The position numbers and the translations under genes were made by a program. Below the pieces are notes generated by a model. It saw only the letters and a list, made by a program, of their open reading frames with translations, searched no databases and was not told where the DNA came from. A stretch of 64,000 nt of DNA from Polyangiales bacterium (GTDB taxonomy: Bacteria > Myxococcota_A > Polyangia > Polyangiales > Polyangiaceae): NCBI GenBank assembly GCA_038230375.1, contig JBBRNJ010000045.1, forward strand, positions 1 to 64,000, written 5' to 3'. Shown here in pieces: positions 10,801 through 20,333 of the stretch. Numbering within the stretch: the first letter of the stretch is position 1; the number at the start of each line of letters is the position of its first letter.

Positions 10801-11883
10801 CGCGGGGATGGAGGGGTAGCTGCCTCGCCGCACGGGGCCCTCGACGGGCGTGCGCTCGTACTCGCTGCCTTCCGCGAGCGCGACGACCGGATGCGGCGCC
10901 TCGGCGTCGTCGCGACGCGTGAGCAGGTACTCGGAGAGATCGCGCGCGCTCCAGCGCCGATCGCGCGTGTAGAGAAATGCCACGAGCGCCTCGTACATGC
11001 GCGCGGCGTCCGGGTAGCGCTGTGCGGGCTCCTTCGCCATGGAGGTGCTCAGGATGGTGACCAGCTCCTCCGGCATGTCGGGCCTGAGCAACAGCGCGGG
11101 CGGGTACTCGCATGCCTGCACGCGGCGCAGGGTCTCGAACGTGGTGGGACCAGAGAACGGGTTCACGCCAGTGAGGCACTCGTAGAGCACGGTGCCGAGC
11201 GAGAAGAGATCGGAGCGCGCATCCGTGTCGTCACCACGCGCCTGCTCGGGGCTCATGAATCCGAATTTTCCCTGCAGGCGACGCGACTGCGTGTCCTCCA
11301 GGTTCGTGGGCATGAGCACGCCCTTTGCCTTTGCGATGCCGAAGTCCGTGACCTTGACCTCGCCCTCGAACGACAGCAGCACGTTCTGCGGCGACACGTC
11401 GCGGTGCACGATACCCAGCGGCTGCATCTGCTCGTCACGGCGGCGGTGAGCGTGGTCCAGCCCCTTCGCGACTTCGGATGCAATATACACGCACATCTCG
11501 ATGGGCAGCAGCTCCTGCCGGCGCCGCGCCTTCGTGAGGAGCGTTGCCAGGTCGAACCCTTGCACGTACTCCATGGCCATGTAATAGACGTCCGGCGACG
11601 TGCGGTTCTCCGGGTACGTGCCGGCGCTCGCCTCTGCCTCGACCTTCGTCACGCCAAGGTCGAAGACCTGGACGATGTTCGCGTGCGACAAGCGGACGGC
11701 CAGCTTCGCCTCGTGGATGAAGAGGTCGACGAAGTCCTTGCTCTCCGCCAGCTCGGGCAGGATGCGCTTGATGACGATGACCTTCTCGAAGCCTTCGACG
11801 CCGTAGCTCTTCGCCTTGAAGACCTCGGCCATGCCTCCTTGGCCGAGGCGCTCGAGCAGGCGGTAGCGTCCGAAAGTGGTCAT
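7897..11883 (-). CDS. Ser/Thr kinase + degenerate class III cyclase-like domain + STAND/AAA ATPase + TPR-like repeats
   Basis: GQGGMAEV, HRDVSPQN, DFG, MSPEQ; GERREVTAL; FIGRREEL, GEHGIGKT, WDDAH, GGHPQFIEE; start chosen just after the upstream stop. Confidence 0.88.
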   Translation of the reverse strand: MTTFGRYRLLERLGQGGMAEVFKAKSYGVEGFEKVIVIKRILPELAESKDFVDLFIHEAKLAVRLSHANIVQVFDLGVTKVEAEASAGTYPENRTSPDVYYMAMEYVQGFDLATLLTKARRRQELLPIEMCVYIASEVAKGLDHAHRRRDEQMQPLGIVHRDVSPQNVLLSFEGEVKVTDFGIAKAKGVLMPTNLEDTQSRRLQGKFGFMSPEQARGDDTDARSDLFSLGTVLYECLTGVNPFSGPTTFETLRRVQACEYPPALLLRPDMPEELVTILSTSMAKEPAQRYPDAARMYEALVAFLYTRDRRWSARDLSEYLLTRRDDAEAPHPVVALAEGSEYERTPVEGPVRRGSYPSIPAMEAGPKSVDLEATAALGERREVTALVVSAGTRDAPAFQERVAAALERYGGRIYSRDPAQVTALFGLMEPDGRDTEMAARAALMVVRNPHGSQRPSAGMHSARIHVSQTGEPTEDERLQSVIATARDLARAKEGRVAISAFAVRQVRSTFVFETLTDAPPGLSTSSTFLVRNVRDPSEAFGRFIGRREELRVIGTVLADASKRSAQALTIRGEHGIGKTRILVEIERRLGKLGYNVGFYVATCPPRGAEHPLSGIVCMLQSLCGVDESDPPELVRSVRPRLRAVGLSDEEVIATMDALGVGEASEPSDGGNEARRKSGGTMTDSLRSGFIRIVQSLSEDRPHVFVWDDAHALDQESYAIISYAFTKLAGSRVVFTFAARGGYTHAIADGVRHTALDLTDLPAADVERLIAARLGVDRPPQELLRFVRERAGGHPQFIEEVLRALSDARAITIAKGHVLSMRLVGQELALPKTLRGLVASRVSRLDAPARAALQAASVLGDPVNLEVLAHMTAQPISRLESIILRLERADFVVHTGPVEVVFKSPSVRELVADAIPGDGARAMHAAAGDALIVVAGAVPEHASRIAAHLYEAGDRERAAVYFGQSGTAHLSNRNLDAAARDFSRAIDLADNKSADAKTLLTWLTGLAAAVRHVRAAPEAEAMCERVISAVDNAGDLRMRVRARIEAGRLLSALSSFDAAKAQFSQAEYIAGDRYDLLHEALVSAAELASQKGDWRSALTTLSRVTNLPAKASDKLEEHKLFLSLAHANAATGDGATARSFLARADALGLDGPAACEREHVRSLVAYFARDFRAAAAYAEEAVELGRQHGISYEVAENLYHLGEILVRLGDHPRAYGALKQSLASCDEGGFDRLGNQVRMALGFLDALAGDKDAERALANGIAYAEANGYSWDTLGGRRLLAELHLRSGNGDAAKKELDKLIALAEETGGRMFAEEADQALRALSLSPPA

Positions 11884-11890
11884 GCCCCGC

Positions 11891-14230
11891 TCACGGGATA
11901 CCATCAATTCTGCGGATCCACACCGGATTGGTCAGCCCGATCGGCACCACGGGCATGAACGGGAGCACGTCGTCGAGCTTGCGTGTTCCGCGCGCGATCG
12001 CGAGCACCCATCTCGCACCGGGGTCAAGCTCCAGCTGGACGTTCCCCTCGAACCGCAGGACCTTCGCGGCGAGCTCCGCGTCGTCGCCGCGCTCCTTTCC
12101 GATACCCGTGGGCCTGCTCTTCAGCGGGATGGTCGCGAGCACCTTCCCGGCCGACACGACCTCCACGGACGTGACATCCACCCACGGCGCCGCGCGCACA
12201 CGCACGTGCGCAACGGCCAGTGTCGTACCGCCGTGCATGGTGAACTCGTCGCCTGGGCCCTTGCCGTCGATCGAGATCTCCACGATGGGCCCGCTGGTGA
12301 TGGTTGCGTGCGCATGCTTGATGGCGGAGACAACAGCCTGTGTGTCCACGGGGCGCTCGAACGAGCCACCCTTCTCCGGGGGAACGAGCGCCATCGTGCG
12401 CGGGTAGCCCGCCCACTGGTACTGGATCCGGTGAGAGTCACTGCTGCCGGTGGCCGCGAAGCGATGTCCGGTGTCGAGCAGCGCGTAGTAGTCGGCGAGC
12501 ACGCGCTGGATCTTCTCGGAGCTGTCCTTCTCGTAGCCGTTGAAGACCTCGAGCGCGTCGAAGTCCATGCGGATCTTTCCGAACGTCTGTTTGTTCAGCG
12601 GGTCGAACCCGACCACGTCGAAGTAGCCGATCTGCTTCGGCAGGCGCGGATGGTGAACGACCAGCACACGGTTTGGATCGTTGCCCTTCGATGCGGCGAA
12701 CACGGCGCCGATGGTCGTGCCCTTGTACGGCGGCGGCGCGCCGAGCGGATACGGGAAGATCCCGAAGTGCCCGAAGCGCGGGTTGTACGTGGTCACCTCC
12801 ACGCCAGGCACGAACGACAGGTTCTTCTCCATTCCGAGCACCGCGAGCGCGGGCGCATAGTCACCGACGATGTTGTGCTCCGTGGGCACCGCGAACTCGA
12901 TGCCGGCGCTCACGAGAGAGAGCACGCGGTCCTCGATCGATACGGGCGTGTCGAACGACGGACGCGCATGTACGTGTAGATCGCATGCGACCATGTCGGG
13001 CGTGTCGATCACGCGGCGCAGGACCAGATCCACAGCCTTCTTCTTGCCGCTCTGGATGTCGACGGTCTCCGCGTCCACGTTGTATTCAAGGCCTTTCGTG
13101 GCAAGCACGCGGTAGCGACCCACCGGGAGCGGCGTCACCACCTCGCCCTTCTGCGAGTCCATGATCGGCCCGGCGCCGGACGCGCGGTAGTCGGGACCGA
13201 AGCTTGGGTCGAGCGTGCCCTCCACGCCATGCACCACGATGCGCGCAGTGACTGGCGACTCCGTGTCTCCGTCGACCACGCGCACATGCAGCTCACCGCC
13301 AGGCGAGACGTCCAGCACCAGCTCCCACGGGAGCCCTGGCTCGAAGCGAACCGGCGCGCTGGTGTCATCCGGAGCCGACGCCGCGTAGTACCGGATCACG
13401 CGCGCAGGCACCATCACCGTGACGTGCTCGCCGGGGTGCATGCGCATGCGGACGATCAAGCGACCGTCGTCGTCGGAGCCGAAGATGCGGGACTCCTCGG
13501 TGGCGCCGGCGACAATCACCTTGAGCGGCTTCACCTCCTCGCCCATCGCCTGGAAGGTGCGCGAGACAAGCTCCGAGTCCAGCGTCGTTGCCACCAGCTG
13601 CAGCGCGAGCTTCGGCTTCTCCCGGGCAGCGCCTTGTGACGCATCTCCCACGGTCATCGTCAGGTGCGCGCTCTCCAGCGTGTCGCCCGTGAACGTGGCG
13701 TAGAGCGGCATGTCGGCCGATGCCAGCGCGTACGGCTCGTCCTCCATGTCGAGCACGACGGCTTTGCCGTTCACCGTGCCCACGTCAGCGAGCACGCCCG
13801 TACCCGGCACGAACACGGCGCGCGGTCGCGTGACGTCGAAGCGCAGTGACACCTCGGGCGGCGCCTCCAGCACCACGTTGAACACGTCGTGGATGCGGTC
13901 CAGCGAGAAATGCAGGTTCGATGGCGGCAGGCCTTCCTTCCCGCCGATCTGCACGACGACCTCACCGTGCCTTCGCTTTGTCTTGATCGAAAGGCCCGAG
14001 AGCGCGTGCGCCACGCCGCCATGGACGATCGCGATCTCCATACGAGAGACGCGCTTTCCGTCGTCCGAGACCACGCTGATGGTCGACTCCGCCGGGTCCA
14101 CGCGGAGCGACGCAGCACGCCCCACGATCTCCGTCGGCTCAGCGAAGCGCGCGTGGGGGGCCGGCGCGCGCACCCCCTCTCCAGACCCGAACGCATAGAC
14201 GCCAAGGAGGAGGGGCAGCACCTTCCCCAC
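11891..14230 (-). CDS. PHP-domain metallohydrolase (CehA/McbA-like)
   Basis: DLHVH, TEHN, GVEVT, GHFG, HHPR, GSSDSH; start uncertain. Confidence 0.75.
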   Translation of the reverse strand: MGKVLPLLLGVYAFGSGEGVRAPAPHARFAEPTEIVGRAASLRVDPAESTISVVSDDGKRVSRMEIAIVHGGVAHALSGLSIKTKRRHGEVVVQIGGKEGLPPSNLHFSLDRIHDVFNVVLEAPPEVSLRFDVTRPRAVFVPGTGVLADVGTVNGKAVVLDMEDEPYALASADMPLYATFTGDTLESAHLTMTVGDASQGAAREKPKLALQLVATTLDSELVSRTFQAMGEEVKPLKVIVAGATEESRIFGSDDDGRLIVRMRMHPGEHVTVMVPARVIRYYAASAPDDTSAPVRFEPGLPWELVLDVSPGGELHVRVVDGDTESPVTARIVVHGVEGTLDPSFGPDYRASGAGPIMDSQKGEVVTPLPVGRYRVLATKGLEYNVDAETVDIQSGKKKAVDLVLRRVIDTPDMVACDLHVHARPSFDTPVSIEDRVLSLVSAGIEFAVPTEHNIVGDYAPALAVLGMEKNLSFVPGVEVTTYNPRFGHFGIFPYPLGAPPPYKGTTIGAVFAASKGNDPNRVLVVHHPRLPKQIGYFDVVGFDPLNKQTFGKIRMDFDALEVFNGYEKDSSEKIQRVLADYYALLDTGHRFAATGSSDSHRIQYQWAGYPRTMALVPPEKGGSFERPVDTQAVVSAIKHAHATITSGPIVEISIDGKGPGDEFTMHGGTTLAVAHVRVRAAPWVDVTSVEVVSAGKVLATIPLKSRPTGIGKERGDDAELAAKVLRFEGNVQLELDPGARWVLAIARGTRKLDDVLPFMPVVPIGLTNPVWIRRIDGIP

Positions 14231-14282
14231 GAACCGGGTCGGAAACGCCGTCTGCACTTGGGGCCATGGTAGGATTTGTGTG

Positions 14283-16859
14283 ATGAACGAACAAGCGCGC
14301 CGCTTGCACGTCCGCCTCCTGCCGCTCGCCGTGCTCACGGGGTTCTGCGTGCTCGCGCCAGCCGCCAGTGGCTGCCACAACGGGAACACGGAGCAGACGC
14401 GTTTCGTGGGGGATCGCGCGAACTCGATCGTCATCGAGGAGGGCGGAAAGAGCGTCACGCTGCAGCAGAACAACCTACCGAAGCTCTACTTCGGCAGCGA
14501 CGCGTTCGAGCTCGGCTTCGTGGACGCCATCTCCGACGTGGCCAGCTACGATCCCTACTGGCTCGAGTACACGCAGGACGGCAGCGTCGCTCCGCCGAGC
14601 CTGGACGCAGATTTTCGCGCGCCCTCGCGCTTCCAGGTGTCGGTCGTGGACGACTACCACGCCACCCTCTCGCTCGAGTACGACGGCGCCATCGTGAACG
14701 TGCAGCTCGAACAGGTCGAGCCGGGCTCGTTCAAGGCAACCCTGACGGTCAACGTCACCGGGCCGCAGCCCGTGGCGTACGTGCGCATCCGGCCGCGAAC
14801 CGCCGCCGATCCGAACGAGGGCTTCTACGGTCTGGGTGAGCTCGAGGACCTGGTGGACAACCGCGGCAAGCTGCGACCCATGCAGATCGAGCCCGATGGC
14901 ACGACGGAGAGCGGCTACAACGAGGCGCACGCGCCCATCCCGTTCCTTGTCGGCTCACGCGGGTGGGGCATCTTCGTGGAGGACAAGCGTGTTGGTCTGT
15001 TCGACGTCGCGCGCAAGGAGCCGACGCTCGTGGAGATCACGTACGGCACCGGCGGCACCACGAAGGACGGCTTCGTGTTCCACCTCTACTCGGAGGTGAA
15101 GCCCGTCGACATCCCGCAGCACTACTACAGGGACACGGCGTACCCGTTGCTCCCCGCCTCGTGGGCGCTCGGCCCCTTCTTGTGGCGCAACAGCGCCAAG
15201 GGGGAGATGCAGGTCCGCGACGACATCGCAAAGATACGGAGCCTGCACGTCCCGGCGAGCGCGATCTGGATCGACCGCCCGTACTCCACGAAGATCGGCA
15301 CCTTCGATTTCGATGCAACCTACACGGACCCGCAGGGGATGATCGCGGAGGCGCAGAAGGCGGGCCTTCGCATGGGCCTCTGGCATGTGCCGTACATCGA
15401 GAAGGGCGCAGAGCCCTTTCGCACCATGGCCGATCAATCAGGCTATTTTCCCCTACAGAATGGGATCCTCTTCAACAACTGGAGCGCGCCGATCGACTTC
15501 ACCGCGCCGGGTGCGAACGCATTCTGGAAGAGCGCCCTCACGCCGTACATCAAGGCCGGCATCGAGGGCTTCAAGCTGGACTACGGCGAGGATGTCATCC
15601 CCGCGCTCCGCAACTCGCGCAACACATGGAAGTTCCACGACGGCACGGACGAGCGCACCGGACACTACGCGTACACGCGCGCATTCCACGACGCGTACAA
15701 GGCAGCTCTGCCCGAGAGCTCCTTCCTGCTCTGTCGCGCCGCACGCTGGGGCGATCAAGCGAGCGCCTCCATCATGTGGCCCGGTGACATGGACTCCACG
15801 TTCGGGCACCACGGCGAGCCGTACATGACGAAGGACGGCAAGATGGTGAACGGCGTGGGCGGACTGCCTGCGACCGTCGTGCAAGGCCTGTCGCTCTCCG
15901 TGTCTGGCTTTCCGTTCTTCGCGTCCGACACGGGCGGCTATCGCAACTCTCCGCCGGACAACGAGCTCTACATCCGCTGGTTCGAGCAGACCGCCCTCGC
16001 GGCCGTGATGGAGGTCGGCGACGGCTCTTCGCAGATGCCCTGGGAGTTCACCGCGGACAACGGTCGCACGCAGGCAACGCTCGACCTGTTCAACCAGTAC
16101 GCGTCGCTCCACATGCGGCTCTTCCCGTACGCGTGGACTCTCGCGCAGGGCATCCTCCGGTCGGGGCACCCGATCTTGCGTCCGCTCGGCTTCGCGTATC
16201 CGGAGCTCGGGGTGCATCCGTCGGACGAGTACATGTTCGGCGACGACCTGCTCGTTGCGCCCGTGCTCGAGCGCGGGGCCACGCACCGCAGCGTGATCTT
16301 TCCCGCGGGCGAGTGGATCGACTGGTGGGATGGCACGATCTACCCGGGCGGCACCACGAAGACAGTGCCCGCGCCGCTGGAGAAGCTGCCGCTCTTCCTG
16401 CGCTCCACGGGTGCGATCCCCATGCTGCGCTCCACCGTGCAGACACTGTCGCCGGTCGCGAACCCGACCATGATCGACTCGTTCGCCGCGGACCCCGGCG
16501 TGCTCGGCGTGCGGTTCGCGCCGCGCGCAATCGGTGCCGTGAACCTTGATGTGTTCGACGGCTTCCACCTGGACGCCACCGTGACGTTGCCGGACATTGC
16601 GATGAACTTGAAGGCGGGCGGGACGTTCGTGAAGGGCGCGCTGCTCGAGATCGTGAGCCTTGGCGGCGTCGGAAGCGGCGTGGTCAGTACAGTGACCGCA
16701 CGAATGGCGCCGCTCACCAAGGCCGCGTCAATGGATGCACTGAACAAGGCGCCCAGCGGCTACTTCACGACGGCGGACGTGGGCGGGACGGTGTGGGTGA
16801 AGCTCCCTCTCGCTGCGGGCCAGGCCAATACTCTCACTGTGAGCATGACGACCCAGTGA
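14283..16859 (+). CDS. Glycoside hydrolase family 31 lipoprotein
   Basis: FYGLGE, FKLDYGE (nucleophile), WPGD (acid/base), ASDTGGY, EYMFGDDLLVAPV; lipobox ASGC. Confidence 0.88.
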   Translation: MNEQARRLHVRLLPLAVLTGFCVLAPAASGCHNGNTEQTRFVGDRANSIVIEEGGKSVTLQQNNLPKLYFGSDAFELGFVDAISDVASYDPYWLEYTQDGSVAPPSLDADFRAPSRFQVSVVDDYHATLSLEYDGAIVNVQLEQVEPGSFKATLTVNVTGPQPVAYVRIRPRTAADPNEGFYGLGELEDLVDNRGKLRPMQIEPDGTTESGYNEAHAPIPFLVGSRGWGIFVEDKRVGLFDVARKEPTLVEITYGTGGTTKDGFVFHLYSEVKPVDIPQHYYRDTAYPLLPASWALGPFLWRNSAKGEMQVRDDIAKIRSLHVPASAIWIDRPYSTKIGTFDFDATYTDPQGMIAEAQKAGLRMGLWHVPYIEKGAEPFRTMADQSGYFPLQNGILFNNWSAPIDFTAPGANAFWKSALTPYIKAGIEGFKLDYGEDVIPALRNSRNTWKFHDGTDERTGHYAYTRAFHDAYKAALPESSFLLCRAARWGDQASASIMWPGDMDSTFGHHGEPYMTKDGKMVNGVGGLPATVVQGLSLSVSGFPFFASDTGGYRNSPPDNELYIRWFEQTALAAVMEVGDGSSQMPWEFTADNGRTQATLDLFNQYASLHMRLFPYAWTLAQGILRSGHPILRPLGFAYPELGVHPSDEYMFGDDLLVAPVLERGATHRSVIFPAGEWIDWWDGTIYPGGTTKTVPAPLEKLPLFLRSTGAIPMLRSTVQTLSPVANPTMIDSFAADPGVLGVRFAPRAIGAVNLDVFDGFHLDATVTLPDIAMNLKAGGTFVKGALLEIVSLGGVGSGVVSTVTARMAPLTKAASMDALNKAPSGYFTTADVGGTVWVKLPLAAGQANTLTVSMTTQ

Positions 16860-16900
16860 GGTTTCTTGCGTGGACGTTGCCCGAGCGGCAGAATGAAGTC

Positions 16901-17638
16901 ATGCGACGCTTTGCTTTTTCCGGCCTTGTTTGTGCGGTGCTCGTGGCGTGCGGTGGTGCAAACACCACGGACCTGTTCGGCGGTGACTCCGACGGCGGGG
17001 GCGGCGGCGGCGGCCTGGATGGAAGCTTCACTGCCGATGGCGGCGGCGGCGGCGGCAACAACGAGGACGATGGCGGCAGCGGGGGCAGCAGCAAGGACAG
17101 CGGCGGCGGGAGCAAGGTCGACTCCGGCTCCGTGAAGGACGCCGGTACGGGCCATCCGTGCACGGTGGACTCGGGCGGCACCAGCAACAACTGCGCGGCC
17201 GACGAGGTCTGCGTCTCCGCGAACTGCGCGACTGGCATCTGCCAGAAGATCGTCTCCGGCGCGAGTGACTACAGCCCGGTCTGTGGTTGCGACACGGTGA
17301 ACTACTGGAACGCCGCCACGGCCTCGAGCTTCGTTGCGGCAGTGAAGTCCGCAGGTGCCTGCGCCACGCCCGCCCTCTGCAATGGAGCGGCCGCTGGCAA
17401 CGCCAAGTGCAGCGCCCTCGCGGCGGCGGACTGCGCGTTCGATAAGCCCGACATCGGCGGCACCACTTGCGGCGCGGTGTTGAAGAACCCCGCGTGCTGG
17501 GGCATGCCATCGACCTGCCCCACGAAGCCCGCCACGGGCGTGAACCTGTGCTCTGGCGGCGCCTGCATGGACCTGTGCTCCGCGATCAAGAACCAGACGC
17601 CCTATCGTCTGGCGACGCCCGCCTGCAAGATCATGTAA
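16901..17638 (+). CDS. Cys/Gly-rich lipoprotein with Kazal-like motif
   Basis: Lipobox LVAC; PVCGCDTVNYWNA; many cysteines. Confidence 0.65.
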   Translation: MRRFAFSGLVCAVLVACGGANTTDLFGGDSDGGGGGGGLDGSFTADGGGGGGNNEDDGGSGGSSKDSGGGSKVDSGSVKDAGTGHPCTVDSGGTSNNCAADEVCVSANCATGICQKIVSGASDYSPVCGCDTVNYWNAATASSFVAAVKSAGACATPALCNGAAAGNAKCSALAAADCAFDKPDIGGTTCGAVLKNPACWGMPSTCPTKPATGVNLCSGGACMDLCSAIKNQTPYRLATPACKIM

Positions 17639-17670
17639 TATACATGCAACACCGGGATCGACCGGTGTGT

Positions 17671-19215
17671 TCACGTATCGCTGCCGAATATCACGCGGCC
17701 CAGACGCGCCTCTTTCTCCGGGGCGTGCGCGCGCTCTTCTTCCAGCGCCTCTGCCTCTGCCTCGAGGTCGGCAAAGCGGTAGCGGATCTCACCCTCCGGA
17801 CCCGTGTCCACGTCTCCGCCCAGCGCGACCACCTTGCGCGTGATCTCCTTCGAGGTGGGCTCGTGTCCCGTGGCCACGCGCACGCGGTCGCGGAGCACGT
17901 CGTCGGACACGGGCTCCTTGCGCGCCGCATGCGTGAGCACCTCTTTCATGATCTGCAGGCGCGCGTTCTCCTGCTTCACCGCGCCAAGAGCGAGCTTGTT
18001 CTTCACGGCGCGAAGCACCGGCAGCATGAAGATCAAGAGCGAGAACAGGAGGGGCACCACGCCGAGCGCGATCGGAAGGCCGTCATCTGGCAGCACCATC
18101 GGCGGCTTCTTCGAGAACAGGAGCAGGAGGTTGCCGATGGTCAGGCCGTTTGCGAGCACCCATCCGCTCGCGAGCAGGTTGAATGCGTTGAGGCCCGCGA
18201 TGCCCAGGTTGTGCCCGACGCCATTGCCGGTGAGCGGCGCCTGCGTCTTCGGCGTCTCCCATGCGGCCTTCGGGCCACGCGGCGGGAAGGGCAGCGAATC
18301 TACCGCTGCGGCAGTGCGGCGCATCTCCGGGAAGACGTAGTAGATGCCGCCCGCGTCGGACACCTCTACGGTGCCGTCGTGGTCGAGCATGAGGCGCGCC
18401 ATCAGCGGGTCTGCGGCGTCGCGTGGAAGACCGGTGACGCGCATGACGTCGGAGAGGCCAATGCGTCCCTTGCCGTTGCGAATGACCTCGAGGATGCTCG
18501 CGCGCACCGCGAGCGGATCGGGCGCGGGCTCCTTCGGACCGAACACGAAGCGGTTCACGCGCTCGTAGAACGGCACTTCTTCCTCGCCGGGCTGCGCGGC
18601 CGCGCGGCGCTGGTCGCGACGGCGGGTGCCGGAGAAGCCATCATCCGCGAATGCGTACGGATAGACGTAGACCGGCGAGAACGGGCGAGCCGTCCAGAAG
18701 ACCGCGTCAGCGATGGCGCGGAAGAGCACGCCGATGAGGCCCACACCTGGGCCGCGTTCATCCCTGCGATTGCCTGCCATGCTGAGGCCGATCAGGATCG
18801 CCACGAATATGAGCGCGTACGCGACCATCGCGATGAGCAGCCACGCGCGGATGACGAAGCGCCCTGCGCCGACCAGCGCGTGCGTGACGGCGCCCATGGC
18901 TCGCTGCCAGCGCTCCTTCGTCTCCCATGGCTTGGTGAAGCCGTCGGGAAAGACGTAGAGGAGATCTCCGTCCTCCGTCACGCGCAGATGTCCACGGTAC
19001 TCGGCCGTGAGGAACGTGAGCCCGGCCTCCGCGTCGCGCAAGGCGAGCCCGCTCTTCGCGGACGCATCCGCGACCGTCATGGGGCCGAGCTTCTCCGGGG
19101 GCGAGCCGAGCTGCGTGATGAGCGCCTGCGCCGCGGTGGCGGGGGCCATCGACGTGGGCGGAGGCAGGCGAGCAGCGGAGTGAGCCGTTTCTGACACGGA
19201 GTCTTCGGCCAACAT
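17671..19215 (-). CDS. Membrane protein with three internal repeats, resembling the cyanobacterial/chloroplast At5g03900 family
   Basis: TVADASAKSGL...GHLRVTEDGDLLYVFP; FVFG; three GxxxVxxxGxxxYxF repeats; TM pairs; start uncertain. Confidence 0.6.
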   Translation of the reverse strand: MLAEDSVSETAHSAARLPPPTSMAPATAAQALITQLGSPPEKLGPMTVADASAKSGLALRDAEAGLTFLTAEYRGHLRVTEDGDLLYVFPDGFTKPWETKERWQRAMGAVTHALVGAGRFVIRAWLLIAMVAYALIFVAILIGLSMAGNRRDERGPGVGLIGVLFRAIADAVFWTARPFSPVYVYPYAFADDGFSGTRRRDQRRAAAQPGEEEVPFYERVNRFVFGPKEPAPDPLAVRASILEVIRNGKGRIGLSDVMRVTGLPRDAADPLMARLMLDHDGTVEVSDAGGIYYVFPEMRRTAAAVDSLPFPPRGPKAAWETPKTQAPLTGNGVGHNLGIAGLNAFNLLASGWVLANGLTIGNLLLLFSKKPPMVLPDDGLPIALGVVPLLFSLLIFMLPVLRAVKNKLALGAVKQENARLQIMKEVLTHAARKEPVSDDVLRDRVRVATGHEPTSKEITRKVVALGGDVDTGPEGEIRYRFADLEAEAEALEEERAHAPEKEARLGRVIFGSDT

Positions 19216-19258
19216 AAGACCTCGCGGGCCGTCGCGCACGCCGAGTTATGATGGGGCA

Positions 19259-19867
19259 GTGCGCTCATTCGTGATCATTGGCCGGACCGCGACGGCATCG
19301 TCCGAGTTCTTGCTGGATGATCTGGCGGGCTCCAGCGGGCGGCTCGACGTCCTGGTGCGCTGCGTGCGGGCGGCGCTTCTCACGTCGCATGGCGTGCGCA
19401 AGGATTCGGAGATCTTCCTGGTGCTCCTGGGCGGGGACCGCGCGCCTCGCACCGTGCGCTTCCAGGGAGCGACCGCGAAGTTCTTGCGGCCGGATGAGCG
19501 GAGCCTTGCCATCCTCCTGCAGAAGTCGCTCGCGAGCCACGCCGACGACGATGCCCCGGGCTTCGTGGAGGTAAGGCCAGGCGTGTCGATCTCACGGTGC
19601 GGAGCGGCTGCGCTGCTCTCCACGTTCACGGGGCGGCCGCTCTATGTCCTTTCGGAGGGCGCGCCCGACGTGCGCGATGCGCGGCTCGCGGCAGAGCCCG
19701 TGATCGTCCTGGGCGATCACACCGGGTTCGACGAGGCGACGCTCGCAGACCTGCGCGCGCGCGGCGCCATCTCGGGTTCCCTGGGCCCCGTGAGTCTGCA
19801 TAGCGACGACGCCGTATGCGTGATGAACAACGAGCTCGACCGCCGCGGCCCGCAGGATTGCGTGTAA
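19259..19867 (+). CDS. trmY: tRNA (pseudouridine54-N1)-methyltransferase-like SPOUT protein
   Basis: LDDLAGSSGRLDVLVRCVRAALLTSHGVR, PDERS, LGDHTG, SLGPVSLH. Confidence 0.85.
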   Translation: MRSFVIIGRTATASSEFLLDDLAGSSGRLDVLVRCVRAALLTSHGVRKDSEIFLVLLGGDRAPRTVRFQGATAKFLRPDERSLAILLQKSLASHADDDAPGFVEVRPGVSISRCGAAALLSTFTGRPLYVLSEGAPDVRDARLAAEPVIVLGDHTGFDEATLADLRARGAISGSLGPVSLHSDDAVCVMNNELDRRGPQDCV

Positions 19868-19868
19868 T

Positions 19869-20333
19869 CTACAATTTGTCTGCGTCCACGCCGCCTACGC
19901 GAACGGAGCGCTCCTCACCGACCAGACCGGACGCACCGCCGGCGCGATCGAACGCGAACGAGAGCGATGCTGCGCCACCCAGCTCCTGCTCGAAGCCGTC
20001 GGCCCACTCCACGAGCAGGATGGCGCCGTCACCCCGCTGCTCACGCAGGCCGAGTCGCGCGATCTCCGCGCGGGTGTCCGTCCCCGCTTCGCGCAGCCTG
20101 TAGAGGTCAACGTGAAGGACCAAGAAAGCGCGCGTCTCGTATTCCTGCACGAGCGTGAACGTGGGACTGGGCACTGCGGCTGTCACGCCCAGTCCTCGGA
20201 GGAGCGCACGCGCGAAGAACGTCTTGCCCGCCCCAAGCCCGCCTGACAGCAACACCAGCGCGCCTGGCACCATCACCTTCGCGGCGCGCACGGCAAGACG
20301 GGTGGTGTCTCTTCTACTTCGGAGCGAGAGCAT
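19869..20333 (-). CDS. tsaE: t6A biosynthesis ATPase TsaE
   Basis: [36 protein letters not shown] coupling to the upstream gene. Confidence 0.93.
   Translation of the reverse strand: MLSLRSRRDTTRLAVRAAKVMVPGALVLLSGGLGAGKTFFARALLRGLGVTAAVPSPTFTLVQEYETRAFLVLHVDLYRLREAGTDTRAEIARLGLREQRGDGAILLVEWADGFEQELGGAASLSFAFDRAGGASGLVGEERSVRVGGVDADKL

Noticed and set aside
14231..14282. GH31 as a member of the palindrome regulon
   Set aside because: No GTAAC-N10-GTTAC site upstream; the KLDYGE motif does not specify an alpha-glucosidase
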